From positions 1 to 25,758 of the forward strand of contig CAZROS010000001.1 of the NCBI GenBank assembly GCA_964601825.1: 25,758 bases of DNA. Direction: 5' to 3'. This document shows, one piece after another, positions 15,785 to 23,089 of the stretch; within the stretch, counting starts at the first letter, position 1, and the number at the start of each line of letters is the position of its first letter. A program made the translations under genes and the position numbers. Source of the DNA: an uncultured archaeon (GTDB lineage Archaea > Aenigmatarchaeota > Aenigmatarchaeia > Aenigmatarchaeales > JACQIB01). The notes below the pieces were generated by a model. That model made no database searches and was not told the origin of the DNA. It was given only the letters and a program-made list of their open reading frames with translations.

Positions 15785-15830
15785 TGCCGTCTCGCTCTCT
15801 TGAATCCTGAGCACTCAATTATTTTCAACC
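15781..15830 (-). repeat. Displaced copy of the last ~17 codons of the NIF3-family gene
   Basis: 44/50 nt identical to 16991-17040. Reads LKIIECSGFKRARRH* versus LKIIECSGFKRVRRH*. Confidence 0.9.
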
Positions 15831-15849
15831 AAATTTTCGCGCGCGACTG

Positions 15850-16365
15850 CTAAACAAAAACAATATTCTTAGCAATATCAATCATTTCCTTGCAAACATT
15901 TATCATGTCGGTGATTTTCTTTTCATCCTCAATGGAAACTTTTACGCCATAAGTATAATCTTCCCTCATTTCAATAATGCTGTCCATGTCTTCATATTTT
16001 AACAGATTGGTAAACTTTTCATCAATCTCTAATTTGCCCTCTTCTTTCAATTTTTCAATCAGCGCAACAGTGCATGTTTGGTTTCTTGATTCATAGCCAA
16101 ACTTAAGAGCTATCGCCAGGAAACAATGGTAAACACAGTAAAAGCCCGCAACCATTGACCAGTCTGAAAATCCTATTTTGCTAAAACTCCCGATGGCACT
16201 GAAATTGTGCGCAGCCTTTTCAATATGCCTTTTTGCCGCCTCAATATCTGGCTTTATTTTTAGCAATCCCCTGTGTTTGGGCCTTTTTCCCAGCTTTCTA
16301 TTTTCTTCCATTTCTTTATTTGCTTTATTCAGGCACCATTCAATATGCCTAGAAGCGTGAGACAT
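15850..16365 (-). CDS. HEPN domain protein
   Basis: HIEKAAHNF, 'FYCVYHCFLA', 'GYESRNQTC', 'MREDYTY' HEPN pattern. Overlaps the upstream MNT gene. Confidence 0.8.
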   Translation of the reverse strand: MSHASRHIEWCLNKANKEMEENRKLGKRPKHRGLLKIKPDIEAAKRHIEKAAHNFSAIGSFSKIGFSDWSMVAGFYCVYHCFLAIALKFGYESRNQTCTVALIEKLKEEGKLEIDEKFTNLLKYEDMDSIIEMREDYTYGVKVSIEDEKKITDMINVCKEMIDIAKNIVFV

Positions 16366-16948
16366 CCTTTATCATCTCCACATATTTATCCTGCCCGTAG
16401 AGCACAATAGAATTTTTCACAATATCAACCATTGCTTTATCTTTCTTTTTAAGGCTGTTGGAAAAATCGCTTTGCGTCAGCTTTATTGCATGAAGTTTTT
16501 TCGGCAGCACCTTTTCCTTTTCCCTAAGAATAGCATTCACCTCTCTGGTCTCTGACTTTTCCATAATAATCATAATGTCAATATCCCTCGCATGAGAATA
16601 ATTTTTCAATGCAGAGCCGAACATTATTACCACTCTGTCTTTTTCTAATAATTCTTTGAACTCTTCTTTCCATCTATTGAAGTTGTTGGCTTCGTCTGCA
16701 AGCAAAAATGCCGCGAGCTTGCAAACATAGCTATCTTCCAGTTTGAGCTTGTAAACTATAGATTTTCCAATTTTTTCGGATTCCAGAATGCTGCTGGCGC
16801 TCAGCCTTTTTAGAATCTTCTGCGTGCCCACGTGGCTTATGCCCAAACTCTTACTCAGCAAATTTGCATTGTAAAATGCGGCAAAATCTTTGAGTAAATA
16901 AAGCAATGCAGCTCTCTCATTTTTGGTAAGCTTTATCATAATAACCAC
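16349..16948 (-). CDS. wHTH plus minimal nucleotidyltransferase (MNT antitoxin-like)
   Basis: N-terminal HTH (LSKSLGISHVG...) and FGSA...DIDIM (GS/DxD) motif. Confidence 0.85.
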   Translation of the reverse strand: MVIMIKLTKNERAALLYLLKDFAAFYNANLLSKSLGISHVGTQKILKRLSASSILESEKIGKSIVYKLKLEDSYVCKLAAFLLADEANNFNRWKEEFKELLEKDRVVIMFGSALKNYSHARDIDIMIIMEKSETREVNAILREKEKVLPKKLHAIKLTQSDFSNSLKKKDKAMVDIVKNSIVLYGQDKYVEMIKDVSRF

Positions 16949-16990
16949 AAGTTACTATATAGTAACTTTGAGTTATTTATAAAGTTTTCT

Positions 16991-17947
16991 TTAATGCCTT
17001 CTAACTCTCTTGAATCCTGAGCATTCAATAATTTTCAGCCCGAATTTTTTCTCCATTTTGTCCAAGAGCAAATTCATTCCCAAAGAATCTGAAGACATGT
17101 GGCCTGCAATAAAAACATTCAAATTATTTTTCTTCGCTTCCTCAAACTGCTTGTCTCCCATGTGCATTGCGACAATTGTTCCCACGCCCGCGTTCGCAAG
17201 TTTTTCATAAACTTTATCGCTACCTTCTGTCCCACCAGTCATTTCCAAATGGATTTTTCCAGCAAGATTTTCCATGCTGCCGGAAAAAAGTTTCAGCCCA
17301 GCATCTTTTTCAACAGCCCATTTATATTCTGGCTGCTTAAGCAAAAGTTTGTAAATCTCGCGCACGGTTTTTGGCTTTTCTTTTTCAAAAAGTTTTTCCA
17401 GAAAGGTGTGAACATGGTTGTCAGTAATTGTGTGGAAGCATGCAACAGAAATTCCCAAAAGTTTTGCCGCATCCTCTGTGCGTGTGTGATTTATTCCAGA
17501 AACCCCGCGGTTCACATCTGTTAAGCGTTCGTGTGTGTAGGCTTGGGCGTGAGCAATCGGCACGCCTGCTGCTGCTAAAACATCAGCCTGCATGTCCATC
17601 ACTCCGTAAAGCCCGGCAAGAGCGCGGCCTTCTGGGTGGTGCGCAATTAGAGCATCAATTTTTGTTCCCTTTTCTTTCAATCTATCAGCAAGCAAAATTT
17701 CCTGAGCCTCAATATCAATTCCAACCATAATTGTTTTCACTTGCCCGCCCGCGTCAAAAGCAATTCTCGAGTCATCAAATGGATTCCACAATCTCTCCTT
17801 GTCAAAAAGCTCTTTCTCCTCTTTGTCAAGTTTTTCAAATTTTTCTTTTATTTCAGCGAGTTTCTTTTTCAATCCCTTTTCTCCGCGCGGGTCTTCTTTC
17901 ATTCCCTCTGCAACTGCGAATTCATAGAGGTCTTTTAGAGCGGCCAT
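16991..17947 (-). CDS. NIF3/NGG1-interacting-factor family metal-binding protein
   Basis: EDPRG, VGID, AHHPEG, HTITDN, AGVGTIVAMH, AGHMSSDSLGMN metal-binding motifs. Confidence 0.85.
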   Translation of the reverse strand: MAALKDLYEFAVAEGMKEDPRGEKGLKKKLAEIKEKFEKLDKEEKELFDKERLWNPFDDSRIAFDAGGQVKTIMVGIDIEAQEILLADRLKEKGTKIDALIAHHPEGRALAGLYGVMDMQADVLAAAGVPIAHAQAYTHERLTDVNRGVSGINHTRTEDAAKLLGISVACFHTITDNHVHTFLEKLFEKEKPKTVREIYKLLLKQPEYKWAVEKDAGLKLFSGSMENLAGKIHLEMTGGTEGSDKVYEKLANAGVGTIVAMHMGDKQFEEAKKNNLNVFIAGHMSSDSLGMNLLLDKMEKKFGLKIIECSGFKRVRRH

Positions 17948-18041
17948 AGCTTCTAAATTGAAAGGGCTATTTATAAAAGTTTTTGCCTGCCAGGCGAAAG
18001 CTTTATATATTCATTATACTTATAGCCTATTAGTGATAATT

Positions 18042-18383
18042 ATGAATCGCCCAATGTTGAACAGAAGCGAGCTGAAAAGATATGTGGTAGAATTTCTATT
18101 GGCTTATGCAAATCAAAATCCCGGAACAGCATACATAGCCAGACCCGATATAGAAAATGCTGTTGCTGTGAACTCTGGTCTTGCTTTCAGGTATGGGATG
18201 CAGCAGTTAGAAGAAATCGGATTTCATGAAGAAGTATCTGATATACTAGATGAATTTTCAGAAGAAGGTTTTATTGAAAGGCGTAATAGAGTCTTTGATG
18301 GTGAATCTATAGATTCTTACAGAATTGCGCCAGAAAGATTTAATCATGGGCATGAAAGATGGTTCTATTTTCAGGACACTTAG
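18042..18383 (+). CDS. Hypothetical protein, possible wHTH
   Basis: ATG 18042 follows TTTATATA at 18002-18009. 'ILDEFSEEGFIERR...SYRIAP' wing-like pattern. Confidence 0.55.
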   Translation: MNRPMLNRSELKRYVVEFLLAYANQNPGTAYIARPDIENAVAVNSGLAFRYGMQQLEEIGFHEEVSDILDEFSEEGFIERRNRVFDGESIDSYRIAPERFNHGHERWFYFQDT

Positions 18384-18431
18384 AGATGAAATTTCTTGCT
18401 CACATACGCCCCATCATTCTCATATCTGAAA

Positions 18432-19298
18432 TCAAAATCTAACTCTCAACAAAGGCAGAGGAGAAATCCTAAAAATAACAACATCTCCGCTTTGAATTTT
18501 TTCTTTCTGCTCAATGACAGCATCAGGGGAAATAAAAGAATTGTCCTTGAGTGGAATTATTTTTAGCTCTTCGCCTTCTTCAATTGTGCCTGCGAGCAAA
18601 TTATAATCTGCCCTTGATTCGCGCACAAGCCAGCCGAGCTTTTTTTCCGCGGGCTTGAAGAATTTTATTTTTTTCCCAAGATATCTGCCGGCTCCAGCCA
18701 CCCAATCCTTTGAGCCATTTCCGCTGTAAACTAAAATGCCTGAAGTTATTCTGTGCTCTTCTTTCATTTTTTTAAACTCAACAATATATCTGAAATTTCC
18801 AAAAGGATTTGCAGAACCAAGCGCATAGATGCAAGTTCCATCAAATAATCTCCTTCCATTTACAGCAGCATCTATTCTTGTCTCGGGAATAATTCTGAAT
18901 TTTCCGGATTCCAAATTTTTTATTGCTGCATGTATGTTTTTTTCCAGAAGCTCGCCTTTGCTGCTTTTTGGATTTGTGTTCAAGCCAAGGATTGGAGTTT
19001 TTTTCAAGAAGTGCGAAATAAATTTAAAGTGGTCGTCACCGCCGGCCGCAATAACAAGGCTGGCTTTTGAGGCAATGCTTTCATTGAAATTATCTCTGCT
19101 CACAAGCGAGCCGGGAATTTTTTTCTCCAGAAAATCAAGCGCGCGCATGTGCTCAGTGTGGTTAGAAAAAATCTGCTCAGCATTTCCGCGCTTTGTGTAA
19201 ATCTTTCTTAAGCCTTTTTCATCCACCCCATACCTCACCATATCCATTTGAACTCTGCTCAATTTCGGGGCAATTATAACATTTGATAAAATATTCAT
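18432..19298 (-). CDS. NAD(H) kinase, NADK2-like subtype
   Basis: VIAAGGDD, PILGLNTNPKSSKGEL, SGILVYSGNGS. Start moved to ATG 19298 to remove the overlap with the reductase. Confidence 0.75.
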   Translation of the reverse strand: MNILSNVIIAPKLSRVQMDMVRYGVDEKGLRKIYTKRGNAEQIFSNHTEHMRALDFLEKKIPGSLVSRDNFNESIASKASLVIAAGGDDHFKFISHFLKKTPILGLNTNPKSSKGELLEKNIHAAIKNLESGKFRIIPETRIDAAVNGRRLFDGTCIYALGSANPFGNFRYIVEFKKMKEEHRITSGILVYSGNGSKDWVAGAGRYLGKKIKFFKPAEKKLGWLVRESRADYNLLAGTIEEGEELKIIPLKDNSFISPDAVIEQKEKIQSGDVVIFRISPLPLLRVRF

Positions 19299-19362
19299 AT
19301 TAATTTTTGAGGCTTTGCGATTTAAATCTTTGCGCGCGCCGCCAATGGTAGAATCCTGAAAT

Positions 19363-20616
19363 CTATTCTTCAACTTCCAGCGGAATCTCTTCTGCCTCAT
19401 GCCCAAGCATTTTCAGGAAATCCGGAGTTCCCATTTCTGTTTTTCCTCCGGAATATGGCAGCCTTTTTTCAAGCTCTGCCCGGAACTTCGGGTCTGTTCC
19501 GGCCATCTCAACAAGCTTGTTAATCAGATGCGGGAACATTTTTCCAATCTTCTGCAGGCGGTAGCTTGCCTTAACTTCATCGCTGATAATTTTCCACAAT
19601 TCTGTGTCGTATTTTTTCAAAAAGTTTTCAGAGAAATCATTTTTCTGCAGGGCTTCAGCAACAACTTGCGCGGCAACTCTTCCGGAAATCATTGCATTGC
19701 CAACTCCCTCGCCGCTTAAGGGATCAATCAGACTCGCTGCATCTCCTAAAAGCAAAAATCCATTTCCGTAGCATTTTTTGTGGTAGCTCGCAACCGGCAA
19801 ATTCCAAGCAAGAATTTGTCCCTGCAATTTTGAATTTTTGAATCTCTCTTTGAAAAGCGGATTCTCTGCAATAACTTTATTTTGAGCTTCCACCAAATTT
19901 ACACTTTTCTCAACTTTGTCTTTAACAATCATTCCGAGCCCGACATTTGCTTCTCCGTTTTCTAGAGGGAAAACCCAGAAATATCCTGGGATCAAATCTT
20001 TTATCATGTGAATTTCTATTCTATCATTCAAGCCAGTTACGCCTGTATAATATCCGCGCGTTGCAACAATAAAATGCTCGGAAGGATTTTTGTTCAATCC
20101 AAATTTTCTCGCGACAATGCTGTTCGCGCCATCGCATCCCAAAACTAATTTTGCGCGCAAAGTTTCATCTTGGCTGTTTTCATTTTTTCCTACAAGACCT
20201 GCGACTGCTCCATTCTCTACAAGAACATCCATCACATTGAAAACCCTGAACTTAACTTTGAAAGTTTTTGTCGCTGACTCGAAAAGATAATTGTCAAAAA
20301 TCTGGCGCTTGTGGCAGTAGCCCGGGGCAGGATTTTTTCTGTCCTCCACATCAAGATCAACAACTTTCCCGTTTGGGCTGCTGATTACAATTCCATAAAT
20401 TTTCTGTCCCGGAAGTTTTGTGTAGCCCTCGTAAATCCCAAGCTCTTTCAGAATTGCAGCAGCCTTTCTTCCCTGCGCATCTCCACAGATTTTGTCGCGC
20501 GGGAAAGCTGCTTTGTCAATTAGCAAAATATTTTTTCCTGCTTTTGCCAAATACATTGCTGCGATTGCTCCTGCTGGGCCTGCGCCGACAATTATTGCGT
20601 CAAAAGTTTCTGGCAT
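19363..20616 (-). CDS. Geranylgeranyl reductase family FAD-dependent oxidoreductase
   Basis: VGAGPAG, FPRDKICGD, GCDGANS, GYFWVFP, GDAASLIDPLSGEGVGNAM. Confidence 0.9.
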   Translation of the reverse strand: MPETFDAIIVGAGPAGAIAAMYLAKAGKNILLIDKAAFPRDKICGDAQGRKAAAILKELGIYEGYTKLPGQKIYGIVISSPNGKVVDLDVEDRKNPAPGYCHKRQIFDNYLFESATKTFKVKFRVFNVMDVLVENGAVAGLVGKNENSQDETLRAKLVLGCDGANSIVARKFGLNKNPSEHFIVATRGYYTGVTGLNDRIEIHMIKDLIPGYFWVFPLENGEANVGLGMIVKDKVEKSVNLVEAQNKVIAENPLFKERFKNSKLQGQILAWNLPVASYHKKCYGNGFLLLGDAASLIDPLSGEGVGNAMISGRVAAQVVAEALQKNDFSENFLKKYDTELWKIISDEVKASYRLQKIGKMFPHLINKLVEMAGTDPKFRAELEKRLPYSGGKTEMGTPDFLKMLGHEAEEIPLEVEE

Positions 20617-20676
20617 AAAAATCAGTTTGTTAATAGAAATTAAGGAATGTGAAGGTTTATAAAATTTAGTCTCGCC

Positions 20677-20787
20677 TTATTTCACTTCAATTGTTGCTTC
20701 AAATTTGTTGTTGCCTCTTGTAGAATCTGCTTCTCTTAAAGCATTTTCAGGGTCAGCCTCAATTTTGATTTTATAGACTCCTTGCAT
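20677..20787 (-). pseudogene. Orphan C-terminal half of a CARDB-type domain
   Basis: MQGVYKIKIEADPENALREADSTRGNNKFEATIEVK* fits the CARDB pattern GxYxIxxxxDPxNxIxExxxxNN. Overlaps the end of the 354-aa ORF in another frame. Confidence 0.6.
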
Positions 20788-21800
20788 TTTCCTTCTTCTA
20801 CTTCTTCAAGCATTTTTTGAATTTCTCTATCGCAGGTAGTTTTACAATTCCAAAGTTCAGGACCTGTTGAGAAACCGACATCAAAGAACATAATAAAAAT
20901 ATTTGCCCCAACACCTCCCCGAAGTCCGCTTTCACCAACAATTTTCCCGGTTCTTATCCTATTTCCCACTTCTTCAGCTATTCTCTGACTACCAGACTTA
21001 GGATGGAGCCCTCTCTTTGTATTGAATTCAACCTGAACTCTCCTTAGTTCCATTTCTCTCTCTAACATTGTTAGAGACTTTCCGGTTATTCTTTTTTGCC
21101 ATTCATCAACTATCGCTACAGCATCCTTTTTACTGAAAGGGGCGGATGATTCGTGTAAAGGCTTTCGAATCTCTTCTACACCATCAAATTTTAGAGATTT
21201 TTTCAAGGATTCTGAAAATTCAGTAACACCCGGATCGGATCTAAATTTGTATTTCACAAGAGCGGTTCTTCCAACCGTAACACCTCTAGGGTCGTCTAAA
21301 CCCGAGCTTATCGCATGCGTTGAAGCTTCTGCTTTTACATTAATTTTTTCATGCGTTCCAGCCAAAAATTTTGCCTGGGCTCCTGCTATTTCGGTCGGAG
21401 TTGCAGATTCTGTAACGAAAATTGTACCTTTCTTGATTAATTTATCTTTCTCAAATATTGGGGGGTCTTCATGTAAACCAAGTGGAGCAGAAGATTGTCG
21501 TGCGGTCCCGAAAACAACTGTGGGTGAAGATGATTGAGCATATGGATCTTTTTGTGTTCTCTCCTCATCATGTGGTGTATTAGTTTCTCCAAACAAACAT
21601 CTGTTCATACAATCTCTAGATAAATCTCCTGCAGTTAGGCTAGAGAATTCCACAGAAGCTTTTTTTACACCGTAGCCGATCGGATCGCACAATTGCGGAA
21701 TATTATAACACGGATTTGCAGCAACAGTTGCAGCTAGAGAAACTGTTGAAAGTAAAGAAAAGTAAATAGAAAATAAAATAATGGGAGTCTGGATTCGCAT
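20736..21800 (-). CDS. Secreted Cys-containing hypothetical protein (354 aa)
   Basis: Hydrophobic signal peptide ending in 'SLAA', Cys pairs at both ends, motifs shared with the two upstream ORFs. Confidence 0.7.
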   Translation of the reverse strand: MRIQTPIILFSIYFSLLSTVSLAATVAANPCYNIPQLCDPIGYGVKKASVEFSSLTAGDLSRDCMNRCLFGETNTPHDEERTQKDPYAQSSSPTVVFGTARQSSAPLGLHEDPPIFEKDKLIKKGTIFVTESATPTEIAGAQAKFLAGTHEKINVKAEASTHAISSGLDDPRGVTVGRTALVKYKFRSDPGVTEFSESLKKSLKFDGVEEIRKPLHESSAPFSKKDAVAIVDEWQKRITGKSLTMLEREMELRRVQVEFNTKRGLHPKSGSQRIAEEVGNRIRTGKIVGESGLRGGVGANIFIMFFDVGFSTGPELWNCKTTCDREIQKMLEEVEEGKCKESIKSKLRLTLKML

Positions 21801-21902
21801 AAGTTAGATACTTTTTAAGGATTTATAAATATCCATTCTGCATCGGCTGGCTGTCATAACACTTATTTTTGAATGCTTCACAAACTTCATGAATTTGGAT
21901 AT

Positions 21903-22565
21903 CTATGTCCTCTCTATAATAAGAGCTGTTCTCTTCTCAATGCCATCTGAACCAACGTGAACTTCAACTGCAGCTTCTGTTTCGGCACTAACAAGTTTGT
22001 ATCCTTCAGTCTGAAGTTTAACAGCTTTTTGTTGGTCGGCCGGCGTGGCAGATTGCGTTATAAAAACTTTGCGGGCTGTGGGGTCTTCCCAGATTCCCAG
22101 TCTCTCGAAATAAAGCATCTCTCTTTCGGGGTCCTGCCCAGTCAAAAAACAAGCAAGCATATCAAAATCTTGTGGAAGTTGTGAATAAACTTGTTTTAAT
22201 AAATTTTTATATTTTCTCCAAAATAATGCGTCGTTAAAATCTGATGCCTCAGAATCTTCTGGATAATTAACGATAAGTAAAATATCTGTGTCAACCTCAC
22301 CGCCAGGTGATATTTGAAAGCCCCTATCAGTTTTTTTAAATCGCATTTTTTGAATTTCTCCATCGGGCTTCTCATATCTTACTTCTTCAGAAGTTAAAGG
22401 TTTGTAGTTTGGAAAGTGTTCCACCCATTTGCCGAGCGCAGTGTCGCAAAAATTCATTAAAAATATTTCCTTTTGTGTATTTCCTTCAAGATAAGGACCG
22501 ACATCTCTCGGATTATAGAAAGCATGGGCAATTCTGCGCGGCCTAAATATTGGGACCCCCGACAT
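21903..22565 (-). CDS. Hypothetical cytoplasmic protein (220 aa) sharing a domain with the 354-aa protein
   Basis: TTTAAATA box about 30 nt upstream. C-terminal LGIWEDP / FITQSATP / RTALI motifs. Confidence 0.7.
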   Translation of the reverse strand: MSGVPIFRPRRIAHAFYNPRDVGPYLEGNTQKEIFLMNFCDTALGKWVEHFPNYKPLTSEEVRYEKPDGEIQKMRFKKTDRGFQISPGGEVDTDILLIVNYPEDSEASDFNDALFWRKYKNLLKQVYSQLPQDFDMLACFLTGQDPEREMLYFERLGIWEDPTARKVFITQSATPADQQKAVKLQTEGYKLVSAETEAAVEVHVGSDGIEKRTALIIERT

Positions 22566-22631
22566 ATAAGTAGTTATTGTTTTAAGTATTTAAATCTTCT
22601 CAGGCATCCACAGAAGTTACAGGAGAAATTG

Positions 22632-22762
22632 TTAGAAATCAAAAAATACAGCTTTTGCTGTTGCAGAGAGAACAGGAGCAGAAAGCAAAATTATAAAAAT
22701 AAGAAAAGAAATTGATAATGTACTGCACAATGCTCTAAAGTAGATTGGGAATTGTCTTCCAT
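22632..22762 (-). pseudogene. Frameshifted, truncated signal-peptide relic paralogous to the 80-aa ORF
   Basis: After a 1-nt shift following ATG 22762 it reads GRQFPIYFRALCSTLSISFLIFIILLSAPVLSATAKAVFFDF*. Confidence 0.65.
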
Positions 22763-22978
22763 ATTGTTACTATAGATCTTAAACTTTATAAATCTTATGG
22801 AACACCCCCATTCCATCTTTTTCCATATCTTCGGGTGTGTAAGTTTTTCCAACAGCGCATCTCTCCACGCACCTGTCATCTCCGGCTAGAGTTTCTTTCA
22901 AACCTTTTTGTGCTTCTCCCCAGAAATCATAAAATACAGCTTTTGCTGTTGCAGAGAGAACAGGAGCAGAAAGCAAAA
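22634..22978. repeat. 57-bp direct repeat (22634-22690 and 22922-22978)
   Basis: 56/57 identical, 288 bp apart, encoding LLSAPVLSATAKAVF(Y/F)DF on the minus strand. Confidence 0.95.
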
Positions 22979-23021
22979 GCGTGAAAATCAGAAGCGAAAT
23001 AAATATTGCGGATTGTTTCAT
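22779..23021 (-). CDS. Short secreted protein or truncated paralog of the 354-aa protein
   Basis: Signal peptide plus AGDDRCVERCAVGKTYTPEDME motif. Confidence 0.6.
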   Translation of the reverse strand: MKQSAIFISLLIFTLLLSAPVLSATAKAVFYDFWGEAQKGLKETLAGDDRCVERCAVGKTYTPEDMEKDGMGVFHKIYKV

Positions 23022-23089
23022 GTTAAAGTTTTCTTATTGCATATTTAAAATTCACTTCACAAATTGAGATTTTAGGGTTTATAAATTTT

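Noticed and set aside
18380-18445. Possible fourth orphan tail ELDFDFRYENDGAYVSKKFHL* behind the NAD kinase
   Set aside because: The geometry fits, including a stop overlap with the convergent gene, but I cannot match it to any family.
20780-20800. Programmed -1 frameshift fusing the CARDB tail to the 354-aa protein
   Set aside because: No canonical X-XXY-YYZ slippery site or downstream structure, and only half a domain would be added.
21823-21936. Alternative-frame Cys-containing peptide after the 220-aa ORF (...IQIHEVCEAFKNKCYD...)
   Set aside because: Only weak resemblance to the 354-aa C-terminus, no start codon, not distinguishable from chance.
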